The notes under the pieces: model-generated
Seen by the model: the letters and a program-made list of their open reading frames with translations, nothing else
Databases searched by the model: none
What the model was told of the DNA's origin: nothing
In this document: in pieces, positions 38,155 through 47,252 of the stretch
Position numbering within the stretch: the first letter of the stretch is position 1
Layout: each line of letters starts with the position of its first letter
Translations under genes and position numbers: made by a program
NCBI GenBank assembly: GCA_963741955.1
Contig: CAVUKB010000010.1
Coordinates: 352,001-416,000, forward strand
Length of the DNA stretch: 64,000 nt
Reading direction: 5' to 3'
Source: an uncultured Acidobacteriota bacterium
Lineage (GTDB): Bacteria; Acidobacteriota; Thermoanaerobaculia; Gp7-AA8

Positions 38155-39796
38155 CTGCTGCTCCTCCTCGACGCGGATCCGAGACCGCGATCCGCTTCTC
38201 GCCGTCGATCATCACCGCTTCGACGTTGCCCCATGGATCTCTCTGTTCGATCTGATGTCCCATCCGCCGGAGCGCGTCGAGCACCGGAGGGGGGAATGCG
38301 TCTCGCTCCACGACGATCTGATCGGGATTTGCCTGTTCGTGAAATCGAGGTGCCGCGACCGCGTCGGCGAGCGAAGCTCCGTGGAGGGCGACTCGCAGAA
38401 TGATGGAGAGGATGGTGGTCGGGATCATCGCACCACCCGAAGAGCCGAGGGCGAAGAGCGGCTTCCCCTTTTCCATCACGATCGTCGGTGCGAGCGGAGA
38501 GAGCATTCGCGTCTTCGGTGCGATCGCGTTCCGGTCCGAATCGACGAGACCTTTGAGCGTTGGCGCCGGAGCCGATGCGGTGAAGTCCGACATCGCATCA
38601 TTGAGAAAGAATCCGCCCGCCATCAGACCGCTCCCGAAGTCTCCGTCGAGGGATGTGGTGAGCGCAGCCACGTTTCCGTCCGCATCGACGACGGAGATGT
38701 GTGTGGTGTGCTCGCTCTGCGGAGAGCCTTCGCGTACGTCGACGCTCCGGCTGGCGTGACTCCGATCGACACTCTTGAACCATGCCGCACCATGCTCGCG
38801 CGAGAGAAGCTCTCTGAACGGAATCCGCACGTGGTCGGGATCGCCCAGGAAGAGGTTCCGGTCGATGTACGCGCGACGTTCCGCCTCCGCGACGAGGTGA
38901 AGGAGATCCTGGTGCGCCGGATCGATCTTCGCGAGCTCCGCATTGTCGAGAATGGAGAGCGATTCCGCGAGAATCATCCCGCCGGTGGAGGGCGGCGGCA
39001 CCGAGCAGATGCGCAGCCCTGCGTAGTCGATCTGGATCGGTGCGCGCCAGACCGGCCGGTACTCGCTCAGATCGAGAAAGCCGAGCGTTCCGCCGGCCTG
39101 CTGCACGGCGGCGACGATCTTCTTCGCCGTCACTCCTTCGTAGAATCCCTTTTCTCCCTGTTGGGCGAGCCGCTCGAGTGTCGAGGCGAGCTCGGGTTGC
39201 CGGATCGTCGTCCCGGCCGCGACCGCAGCGCCGTTCTCGAAGAAGAACGCCGCGTCGGAATTCCGATCGAGGCCCGCTCTCTCGTGTTCCGTCTCGATCG
39301 CCGAACGGAGATCGTCGTCGACCTTGAATCCTTCGCGCGCCAGTTCGATTGGAGAGGCGAGGAGTGAGGCCCAGCTCGCGCGGCCGAATTTGCTCTGGGC
39401 GGCGGCGAGGCCGGCCACGGTTCCGGGAACGGCCACCGAAGCTCCACGTCCGGGCTCCGTCGCGTCGCCTTTCTCCTTCTTCCGTTCGGGGAGATTTGCC
39501 GGCGAAAGCTCCCGGAAATCGAGCGCCCAGACCGCATTGCTCTTCCGGTCGTAGTAAAGGAGGAATCCGCCCCCTCCGAGGTTGCCCGAATGGGGATGCA
39601 CGACAGCGAGCGTGAACTGCGCCGCGACGGCGGCATCGATCGCGTTCCCGCCGTTGCGCAGAACATCGAGCGCGACGGCCGTCGAAAGAGGGGAGTCGGT
39701 CGCGACCGCGGCGTGCGAGGCGACGGTGACGCCTCCCGCGAAGAGGGACTGAGTGATCAGTCCACCTGCGAGGAGGAAGAGGAGCAGACGTTTCAT
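38144..39796 (-). CDS. ggt: Gamma-glutamyltransferase family protein
   Basis: Signal peptide from MKRLLL (39796); GGNAIDAAVA, GGGGF, DFRE, VPGTVAG, catalytic HTTHISVVD, SDPR. Confidence 0.9.
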   Translation of the reverse strand: MKRLLLFLLAGGLITQSLFAGGVTVASHAAVATDSPLSTAVALDVLRNGGNAIDAAVAAQFTLAVVHPHSGNLGGGGFLLYYDRKSNAVWALDFRELSPANLPERKKEKGDATEPGRGASVAVPGTVAGLAAAQSKFGRASWASLLASPIELAREGFKVDDDLRSAIETEHERAGLDRNSDAAFFFENGAAVAAGTTIRQPELASTLERLAQQGEKGFYEGVTAKKIVAAVQQAGGTLGFLDLSEYRPVWRAPIQIDYAGLRICSVPPPSTGGMILAESLSILDNAELAKIDPAHQDLLHLVAEAERRAYIDRNLFLGDPDHVRIPFRELLSREHGAAWFKSVDRSHASRSVDVREGSPQSEHTTHISVVDADGNVAALTTSLDGDFGSGLMAGGFFLNDAMSDFTASAPAPTLKGLVDSDRNAIAPKTRMLSPLAPTIVMEKGKPLFALGSSGGAMIPTTILSIILRVALHGASLADAVAAPRFHEQANPDQIVVERDAFPPPVLDALRRMGHQIEQRDPWGNVEAVMIDGEKRIAVSDPRRGGAAGGY

Positions 39797-40587
39797 CGAT
39801 GCCGGGCCGTTCGCTTCGACTGATTGCGATCCCAGATGATCTTCAGTCCTTTCATGGTCAGCTCGAGATCGACGTGCTCGATGTAACGGCTGTCGCGAGC
39901 GAGCATCGGGGCGAGTCCGCCGGTCGCAACAACGGTCTTGACGGACTCGATCTCGCCGCGGATCCGTTCGAGGAGTCCATCGATCAATCCGAGATAACCA
40001 TAGTAAATGCCGGACTGCATGCTCGCCACTGTATTCGTACCGATCAGCTGCGACGGCCGTTTGACGTCGACTCTCGGGAGTCGTGCCGCGCGCGAGAAAA
40101 GCGCCTCGGCGGAGATCGTCAGACCAGGTGCGATGACGCCGCCGCGGTACTCGCCCCGCGCGGTCACCACGTCGAAGGTCGTCGCCGTTCCGAAGTCGAC
40201 CACCACGGTCGGACCTCCGAAAAGAGTGAACGCCGCAACGGCATTCGCGATGCGGTCGGCGCCGACCTCCAGCGGGTTCTCGGTCTGGATCGAGAGTCCG
40301 GTCTTCACTCCGGGCTCGACGAAGAGCGGATCGGTGTCGAACGACTTCTGAATCATCTCGCGGATCACCGGATTGAGAGGAGGCACTACCGACGCGACTG
40401 CCGCACCCGCGAGCCCTCCCGCCGCTCGATCGGCGATCAGCTGGCGCGCGAGGATGCCGTACTCGTCGGCGGTGCGATCCCGTGCGGTGGCGAGGCGCCA
40501 CGAATCGAGAAGACGGTCGCCCTCGTAGATCCCGAGGACGATCTGGGTGTTGCCGACGTCGGCCACCAGGATGCGTTGATCGCTCAT
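39793..40587 (-). CDS. coaX: Type III pantothenate kinase
   Basis: DVGNT, SVVP, GADR, DFGTATT, GGVIAPG, TGG. Confidence 0.95.
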   Translation of the reverse strand: MSDQRILVADVGNTQIVLGIYEGDRLLDSWRLATARDRTADEYGILARQLIADRAAGGLAGAAVASVVPPLNPVIREMIQKSFDTDPLFVEPGVKTGLSIQTENPLEVGADRIANAVAAFTLFGGPTVVVDFGTATTFDVVTARGEYRGGVIAPGLTISAEALFSRAARLPRVDVKRPSQLIGTNTVASMQSGIYYGYLGLIDGLLERIRGEIESVKTVVATGGLAPMLARDSRYIEHVDLELTMKGLKIIWDRNQSKRTARHR

Positions 40588-40607
40588 CGATTCCTGCCGT
40601 TTCGCAA

Positions 40608-41384
40608 TCAGGCGCCTTCGACGCGATAGAGATCACCGCCGGAAACGCGGACGATCTCGTCTCCCTGGCGGAGGAGGGCGCATCCGAAATCGTCCACTCC
40701 GACCCACCGTCCTTCGATCACCTGGTCGCCGACTCTGCAGACGATCCGGTCTCCCTTTTCGTGGATGGTCAGCTTCGACCATCGTTCGATGATCTCGGCA
40801 CGCTCGGACGAGGAGGAAAGCCGTGTGTCGATGAACTCGATGAAAGCTTCCGTCGCCGAGTCGACGTCGATGCACTCGACCGTCGATTCCGCGGCGAGAG
40901 TGGTCGAATCGGCGACGTCTTCCGTGAAGGGGGTGATATTGATTCCGGTGCCGATCAGCGCGTACACCTGATCTTCGTGGATGCGGGCCTCGATGAGGAT
41001 TCCGGCGATCTTTTTAGAGCCGATCAGGATGTCGTTCGGCCATTTGATCCGCGCGTCGACACGGTAGGTCTCGCGCAGGAACTCGGCAACGATCACTGCG
41101 ACTTCGAGCGGAAGCGCGGCGAGATTCTTCCCCGGTCGGGAGTGGAGTGTGGTCGCGTAGATTCCGTTCCCGGCCGGTGAGTGCCAGCTCCGCGCTCCCC
41201 GTCCGCGTCCGGCCCACTGCTCTCGCGCGACGATCACCGCAGCCGGCAGAGGGATCTCGTTCTCGATGCACTCGTCGAGAACCCGCCGGCCGATGTCGTT
41301 GGTCGATGAAGTCCTCTCCAGCAGCGCGATCGCGTGAAGCGATTCGAGCCGCCGCAGAAGGCGATCGATGTCGAGCGCGGTCAT
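40608..41384 (-). CDS. birA: Biotin--[acetyl-CoA carboxylase] ligase (no HTH)
   Basis: SSTN, QWAGRGR...W, KWPND, KIAGIL, GTGIN. Confidence 0.92.
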   Translation of the reverse strand: MTALDIDRLLRRLESLHAIALLERTSSTNDIGRRVLDECIENEIPLPAAVIVAREQWAGRGRGARSWHSPAGNGIYATTLHSRPGKNLAALPLEVAVIVAEFLRETYRVDARIKWPNDILIGSKKIAGILIEARIHEDQVYALIGTGINITPFTEDVADSTTLAAESTVECIDVDSATEAFIEFIDTRLSSSSERAEIIERWSKLTIHEKGDRIVCRVGDQVIEGRWVGVDDFGCALLRQGDEIVRVSGGDLYRVEGA

Positions 41385-44041
41385 GGACGATGCGTGCTCA
41401 CATTCTGTCGCAACTGGCCGAGCCGCGCGACCAGTTCGACCCGTCGGGTGCGAGACTGCTCGACGACCTGGGCTGGAGCCTTCTCCAGAAATCCCGGATT
41501 CGCGAGGCGACCGTCGATGTTCGCGATCTCCCGCTCCACCTGTTCGATCTCTTTTCCGATCTTCGCGATCTGCTCCGGCGAGAGCGTCTGCTCGGGGAGC
41601 TCGATTCCGAGCTCGACGGTTCCGATCACGTCGCGATGCGCGTCGGCCGGAACAGGCTCGTTGATCCGCACCTCCGAAGCGCGGGCGAGATCGACCAGCA
41701 GATAAGAGTGGGCCTGGAAGAATGCGATGTCCTCTTCGCCCTCCACGCGGAGAAAGATGCGGAAGCGATCTCCCGGCTGATACCCGCGTTCGGCGCGAAC
41801 GTTACGGATCGTCGTCACCATCCCCTGGATGATCGCCACGCGACGTTCGGCTTCCGGGTCGTCGAGCATCTCGTCGGCGATCGGGTAGGGCGCCACCATC
41901 ACCGACGGTTCCACCCCACCGAGCTTCTGCCAGATCTCCTCGGAGACGAACGGCATGAACGGATGCAGCAGACGGAGCGAACGATCGAGCACTTCGAGAA
42001 GCACCCGCTTCGCATTCTTCTGATCTTTCGGATTCCCCTCTTTACCCAGCAGGACCGGCTTGGCCATCTCGATGTACCAGTCACAGAACTCGTGCCAGAC
42101 GAACTGGTAGATCTGGTTCGCGGCTTCGTCGAACCGGAACGCGGAGAGGGCCTTGTTCACCGAATCGGTGGTGTGGTTCGCGCGCGAGAGAATCCACCGC
42201 TCGACGGGGGCCAGCTCGTCGCCGTCGATCGGGCTGGCCGACGAGAGATCTCCTTCGATGTGCATCAGAGCGAAGCGCGACGCGTTCCAGATCTTCGTGC
42301 CGAACGCGGAGTAGCCGGCCATCCGGTTCTTCGCGAGGGGGATGTCGCGCCCCGTCGCGAGAATGGCGAGAGTGAAGCGGACCGCATCGGCGCCGAATTC
42401 CTCGATCACTTCCAGCGGATCGATGACGTTTCCCTTCGACTTGGACATCTTCTGGCCCTCTTCGTCTCGGACCAGACCATTGAGGAACACCTGGGTGAAG
42501 GGGACCTTCCCGGTGAAGCGGAGGCCCATCATGATCATCCGCGCCACCCAGAAAAAGAGGATGTCGAATCCGGTGATCAGCGTGTCGGTCGGGTAGAACG
42601 TGCGGAGATCGCTGGTCTCGTCGGGCCATCCCATGGTCGAGAACGGCCAGAGCGCGGACGAGAACCAGGTATCGAGAACGTCCGTTTCCTGGCGGAGCTC
42701 CTGATTTCCGCAGTGCGCGCATTTCTCCGGAGTCTCTTCGCTGACGATGACCTCTCCGCAGGCGCAGTACCATGCGGGGATGCGGTGTCCCCACCAGAGC
42801 TGGCGCGAGATGCACCAGTCGTGGATGTTCTCCATCCAGTTGAAGTAAGTGGCTTCCCACGATTGAGGAGTGATGGAAATGGTTCCGTTCCGAACCGCGT
42901 CGAGCGCCGGTTTCGCCAGCGGATCGATGCGGACGAACCACTGACGCGAGACCATCGGCTCGATGGCGGTGTCGCATTTCGCGCAGTAACCGACGGAATG
43001 CTCGTAGGGCTTGATCTCGCCGAGAAGCCCCTCCTCACGGAGATCGTCGATCACTTTTTTCCGCGCCTCGAAGCGGTCGAGGTGCGCATAGCCGGAGCCC
43101 GCTTCCTCGGTCATCTTTCCCGTCTCGTCGATCACCTGGATCTGAGCGAGGTCGTGGCGCTTTCCCGCTTCGTAATCGTTCTTGTCGTGAGCGGGCGTGA
43201 CCTTCACTACGCCGGTCCCGAAGGCGGGATCCACGAGGATGCCGTCCGCGACGATGGGGATGGTCCGGCTGGTCAGGGGAAGCCGGACCGTGCCGCCGAT
43301 CAGGTCGCGATAGCGGTCGTCGTCCGGATGGACCGCGACGGCGGTATCGCCGAGCATCGTCTCGGGACGGGTGGTGGCGACGGTGAGCCGGCGGTCGGTG
43401 CCGGTGACGGGATAATCGATGTGGTAGAGGCGGCCCTGGGTCTCGCGGTACTCGACTTCGATATCCGAGATCGCGGTCTGACAGCGAGGGCACCAGTTCA
43501 CCATGGCGAGGTCACGGTAGATCAGGCCGTCCTCGTAGAGGCGGACGAAGACGTGTCGCACCGCTCGGGAGAGTCCTTCGTCGAGCGTGAAGCGGGTGCG
43601 GCTCCAGTCGCAGGAGGAGCCGAGGCGCTTGAGCTGATCGATGATCTGATTGCCGTGCTCGTCCTTCCACTGCCAGACCCGCTCGATGAACTTCTCGCGA
43701 CCGATCTCGCGCCGGGAGATTCCCTGCTTCGCCAGATCGCGCTCCACCACCATCTGTGTCGCGATGCCGGCGTGGTCCGTGCCGGGGAGCCAGAGCGTGT
43801 TGAAGCCGCTCATCCGTTTCCAGCGAACGATGATGTCCTGGAGCGTGTTGACCAGCGCGTGCCCGATGTGCAGCCGCCCGGTGACGTTCGGGGGAGGGAT
43901 GACGATGGAGAACTTCGGCCGCTCCGGGTCGTCGACCGGCGTGAAGAACCCTTCTTCCTCCCAGAATCGGTACCACTTCTGTTCGAGCTCGGCTGGTTCG
44001 TATCGTTTTGGCAGTTCCGTCTTGTGCATACCGCGATTCAT
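41381..44041 (-). CDS. valS: Valine--tRNA ligase
   Basis: PPPNVTGRLHIGH, WCISRQLWWGH, KMSKS, C-terminal coiled coil; start 44041 or 44029. Confidence 0.97.
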   Translation of the reverse strand: MNRGMHKTELPKRYEPAELEQKWYRFWEEEGFFTPVDDPERPKFSIVIPPPNVTGRLHIGHALVNTLQDIIVRWKRMSGFNTLWLPGTDHAGIATQMVVERDLAKQGISRREIGREKFIERVWQWKDEHGNQIIDQLKRLGSSCDWSRTRFTLDEGLSRAVRHVFVRLYEDGLIYRDLAMVNWCPRCQTAISDIEVEYRETQGRLYHIDYPVTGTDRRLTVATTRPETMLGDTAVAVHPDDDRYRDLIGGTVRLPLTSRTIPIVADGILVDPAFGTGVVKVTPAHDKNDYEAGKRHDLAQIQVIDETGKMTEEAGSGYAHLDRFEARKKVIDDLREEGLLGEIKPYEHSVGYCAKCDTAIEPMVSRQWFVRIDPLAKPALDAVRNGTISITPQSWEATYFNWMENIHDWCISRQLWWGHRIPAWYCACGEVIVSEETPEKCAHCGNQELRQETDVLDTWFSSALWPFSTMGWPDETSDLRTFYPTDTLITGFDILFFWVARMIMMGLRFTGKVPFTQVFLNGLVRDEEGQKMSKSKGNVIDPLEVIEEFGADAVRFTLAILATGRDIPLAKNRMAGYSAFGTKIWNASRFALMHIEGDLSSASPIDGDELAPVERWILSRANHTTDSVNKALSAFRFDEAANQIYQFVWHEFCDWYIEMAKPVLLGKEGNPKDQKNAKRVLLEVLDRSLRLLHPFMPFVSEEIWQKLGGVEPSVMVAPYPIADEMLDDPEAERRVAIIQGMVTTIRNVRAERGYQPGDRFRIFLRVEGEEDIAFFQAHSYLLVDLARASEVRINEPVPADAHRDVIGTVELGIELPEQTLSPEQIAKIGKEIEQVEREIANIDGRLANPGFLEKAPAQVVEQSRTRRVELVARLGQLRQNVSTHRP

Positions 44042-44165
44042 CCCCCGAAAGAGTGGGCATTATATTCTGACCGTGGCGTGAATCCGCGAGGGCCTCGAAT
44101 CGGTCGCACGGCGGTCGCGTGAAGAGTGGAATCGCACTCGATTCCCGCGGGTTGGTTCCGGCTGC

Positions 44166-45266
44166 ATGGCTGAAAACGACGATTCGATGTTGATGCTCGG
44201 GATCGAGAGCTCGTGCGACGAGACTTCGGTCGCTCTGCTGAATGGCGAGGGGGAAGTGCGGGCGAATCTGATTGCCTCGCAGATCGAGCGGCACCAGCCG
44301 TTCGGAGGCGTGGTTCCGGAGATTGCGTCGCGAGAGCATCTCGACAACCTCATGCCGCTGATGCGGAAGGCTCTCGCCGACAGCGGGAAGGCGCTCGGGG
44401 ACGTCACCGCCGTGTCCGTGACCTGCGGCCCCGGCCTGATCGGAGCGCTTCTGGTCGGCGTGGCGGCCGCGCAGGGACTCGCGTACGGGCTCGGCATTCC
44501 GCTCATTCCGGTGAATCATCTCGAGGGGCACGTCTTTTCGCCGTTCCTCCGCAGCGACGGATCGGCGCGTGCGCTTCCGCCACGGTTCTTCAGCCTCGTC
44601 GTTTCGGGGGGACACTCGTCGGTGTACGAGGTGACCGCGGACGGTGAGCAGAGATCGATCCGGATGCTGAACCGGACTCGAGACGATGCTGCCGGTGAGG
44701 TGTTCGACAAGGTGGGGAAGTTCGTCGGGCTCCCGTATCCCGGTGGCCCTCACATCGAGAAAACCGCGAAGGAAGGGGATCCGGAGCGCTTCCGCTTTCC
44801 CCTGGCCCGGTTCAAGGATGATTCGGTCGATTTCTCGTTTTCGGGATTGAAGTCGAATGCGATCCGGCTCGCGAGACAGCTCGGCCTCGAAGCGGCCGCT
44901 GGCGGCGACGGGAGCGGCTCGCAGGTTCTGGCGGACTTCTGCGCGTCGTTCCAGAAGGCGATCGGGGATCAGATCCTCGACCGGCTGGGAAAGCTGTGGG
45001 ATTCGCGGGAGCGAGCATCGAGGCCTGCACTTCTCGCGCTCGCCGGAGGCGTCGCGGCGAATGGAGATCTGAGAGAGAGGATCGGCAGCTGGTGCTCGGA
45101 GCGTGGCGTCGAGGCGCTTCTTCCGGAGCGGAGGTATTGCACCGACAACGCGGCGATGATCGCGTTCGCGGGGCTGCAGAGGTGGCGGTCAGGCGAGGTC
45201 AGCGGCGACCCGCGGCGGGTGCCCGCGTATTCGAGAATGCCGCTCGGTGCGAGCGATGAGCGATGA
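44166..45266 (+). CDS. tsaD: tRNA threonylcarbamoyltransferase TsaD
   Basis: GIESSCDET, GGVVPEIASREH, HLEGH, SGGH, DDAAGEVFDK, FSFSGLK, TDNAAMI. Confidence 0.96.
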   Translation: MAENDDSMLMLGIESSCDETSVALLNGEGEVRANLIASQIERHQPFGGVVPEIASREHLDNLMPLMRKALADSGKALGDVTAVSVTCGPGLIGALLVGVAAAQGLAYGLGIPLIPVNHLEGHVFSPFLRSDGSARALPPRFFSLVVSGGHSSVYEVTADGEQRSIRMLNRTRDDAAGEVFDKVGKFVGLPYPGGPHIEKTAKEGDPERFRFPLARFKDDSVDFSFSGLKSNAIRLARQLGLEAAAGGDGSGSQVLADFCASFQKAIGDQILDRLGKLWDSRERASRPALLALAGGVAANGDLRERIGSWCSERGVEALLPERRYCTDNAAMIAFAGLQRWRSGEVSGDPRRVPAYSRMPLGASDER

Positions 45267-45302
45267 GCGGCGAGCGGCGAGCGATGAGCGGCGAGCGGCG
45301 AG
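45251..45302 (+). repeat. Heptamer tandem repeat GAGCG(AT/GC) x7 overlapping the tsaD stop
   Basis: Read directly in sequence. Confidence 0.85.
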
Positions 45303-45359
45303 AAACCTCCGGACGAGTCGATTCGTCCTATTGATAGCCGCGGGAATCGTACCTCCTAC

Positions 45360-45538
45360 ACGACACCCCGTATGGGCAACGGGGTGAACCTTCCTGGTGG
45401 CAACAGCAGTCGAGGCCGGATTCCGAAACGGTAACCGGCCCCGCTGCTGCAGAGATGGATGGGTGGGGCGGCTCTGCAGCGGCTGAAGTCAACACGATCA
45501 CGAAGAAAGCGCCGGTGGGCTGCCGGCGCTTTCTTTTT
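45360..45538 (+). ncRNA. Candidate structured ncRNA (four hairpins plus intrinsic terminator), possibly related to Acido-Lenti-1-type RNAs
   Basis: Stems CACCCCGT/ACGGGGTG, CTGGTG-GCAA-CAGCAG, GGCCGG..CCG-AAA-CGG..CCGGCC, GCTGCTGCAGAG/CTCTGCAGCGGC, then AAGTCAACACG and a terminator; family assignment is from memory only. Confidence 0.55.
45503..45538 (+). terminator. Rho-independent terminator
   Basis: AAGAAAGCGCCGG-TGGGCTG-CCGGCGCTTTCTT followed by Ts. Confidence 0.85.
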
Positions 45539-45749
45539 CGAGGCTCGGGGCTCGAGGTACGAGGCTCGACGGATCTCCTGCCCTCTCACCGTGGACTCTT
45601 CCCCGGAACCGAAACGGGAGCCGCCTGCTCTCTTTGCGGCGCCGCCCTTCGGGCTCGCGAAATCTGCGGCGTCGCCCCCCCGGCTCACGCCGGGGGCTTC
45701 ACGAGGTACCGCCCTTCGGGCTTCCTCGCTTCTCGTCTCTCGTCTTTCG

Positions 45750-45868
45750 TCCCGAGCCCCGAGTCCCGAGCCCCGAGCCCCGAGTCCCGAGCCCCGAGCC
45801 CCAAGCCCCGAGCCTCGAGCCTCGAGTCCCGAGCCTCGAGCCCCGCCTCTCTCGCCTCTCGCCTCTCG
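45750..45868. repeat. Heptamer tandem repeat (CCCGAGC/CCCGAGT/CTCGAGC, then CTCGCCT)
   Basis: Read directly; an inverse GGCTCGG/GGCTCGA run at about 45541-45570. Confidence 0.85.
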
Positions 45869-45884
45869 TGCCACAATACCGGCC

Positions 45885-46790
45885 ATGAAGATCGTGATCT
45901 CCGGCGGAAGCGGATTGATCGGCGAAGCAGTGACGACCGCGCTCGCCCGCCGAGGAGAGGTCGGCGTGCTCACCCGCAACCCGGCGAAGGTCTCGACCGG
46001 ACGTCCGATCCGGTGGGATCCTGCGGAAACCCGCGGATCGTGGCAGGACGAGGTGGCGGCGGCGGACGTGGTGGTCAACCTCGCGGGGGAGAATGCCGGT
46101 GAAGGGCGCTGGAGCGAGGCGAAGAAACGGCGCCTGGTCGGGAGCCGGATCGAGGCCACCCGGAGCCTGGTCGACGCGATGCGGCGCTCGGAGCGGAGCG
46201 AGCGGTTGCTGATCAGTGCCTCGGCGGTCGGGATCTACGGCAATCGCGGCGATGAGATTCTCGAGGATGATGCGCCGAGCGGTTCGGGCCTTCTCGCGGA
46301 TCTCGGCCGTGCATGGGAAGCGGAGGCGAGACAGGCCGAGAGCGTGTCGAGAGTGGTGATCTTCCGGTTTGGCCTGGTGCTCTCGAGTCGTGGAGGTGCC
46401 CTCGCCCGGATGCTTCCCATTTTCCGGGCCGGCGTCGGAGGACGCCTCGGGGACGGAACGCAGTGGTGGCCGTGGATCGATCTCGACGACGTGGCGATGC
46501 TCTGCGACCGGGTGATCGACCGGCGCGATGCGGCGGGGACGTACAACGCGGTCGCACCGGAACCGGTGCGGAACGCGGAGTTCACGCGCGAGCTCGCGAG
46601 AGCGATGCACCGTCCGGCGATCCTTCCTGCGCCGGCGTTCGCGTTGCGGCTCGCGTTCGGTCAGATGGCGGACGAGATGATTCTGGCCAGCCAGAGGGCC
46701 GTTCCGCGCCGGCTCCTCGCCGAAGGATTCGAGCTCGCGCAGCCCGAGCTCGGCGAGGCGCTGCGATGGGAGCTCGCGCGGACGCGATGA
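45885..46790 (+). CDS. TIGR01777/YfcH-like NAD-dependent epimerase
   Basis: MKIVISGGSGLIG, VNLAGE, SASAVGIYG, GDGTQWWPWI, ASQRAVP. Confidence 0.9.
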   Translation: MKIVISGGSGLIGEAVTTALARRGEVGVLTRNPAKVSTGRPIRWDPAETRGSWQDEVAAADVVVNLAGENAGEGRWSEAKKRRLVGSRIEATRSLVDAMRRSERSERLLISASAVGIYGNRGDEILEDDAPSGSGLLADLGRAWEAEARQAESVSRVVIFRFGLVLSSRGGALARMLPIFRAGVGGRLGDGTQWWPWIDLDDVAMLCDRVIDRRDAAGTYNAVAPEPVRNAEFTRELARAMHRPAILPAPAFALRLAFGQMADEMILASQRAVPRRLLAEGFELAQPELGEALRWELARTR

Positions 46791-47252
46791 GCGAGGGGCG
46801 GGCTTCGGGAATCTGTATCAAGACCTGACCCTTTCGCTGAGATTCGCCACGGCGGTGCGGTTCGATCCGGATTCCCTCCTTTGCGAGCGCTTCCCGGCGA
46901 CGAACGATCCGGGATCGAGCCGCGAATCAGCGTGGAGTCACCAGGTCGCATCCCTTCCGTGACCATCATGTCACCGCCGGCGAAGGTGAGATGGTGCGGC
47001 GAGCGACGCCCACGTTCCCGAACGGTTGTTTTGTATCTTCGGAATTCGGATGAGCGGACGTCTCGGTTCGGAGATCCGAAGATCTCTCTTCGTGACGTTC
47101 CTGAAACGACTCGTAAGTCGCATGGTGCGAGTCGTTTCGCGCCGTCACAGTTTCGTGCGGCGCGGCAGCGGGATTGGATGGACGTGGAGCGCGGTCCGGC
47201 TCGAGAGCACTTCCAGCACTCGACGACGGACCGGATACGAAGGGAGGTATGG

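Noticed and set aside
38144-40636. 830-aa extended GGT
   Set aside because: The extension overlaps coaX in another frame; a signal-peptide start exists at 39796
41147-44122. 991-aa plus-strand ORF
   Set aside because: Antisense shadow of valS
45360-45538. tRNA, tmRNA, SRP or 6S RNA identity
   Set aside because: No cloverleaf or T-loop, no tag ORF, no SRP GGAA loop motif, and local hairpins rather than one long 6S-like rod
45459-45884. SPEPRAP-repeat extension of the epimerase
   Set aside because: Spans a terminator and heptamer repeats; the Rossmann motif starts at ATG 45885
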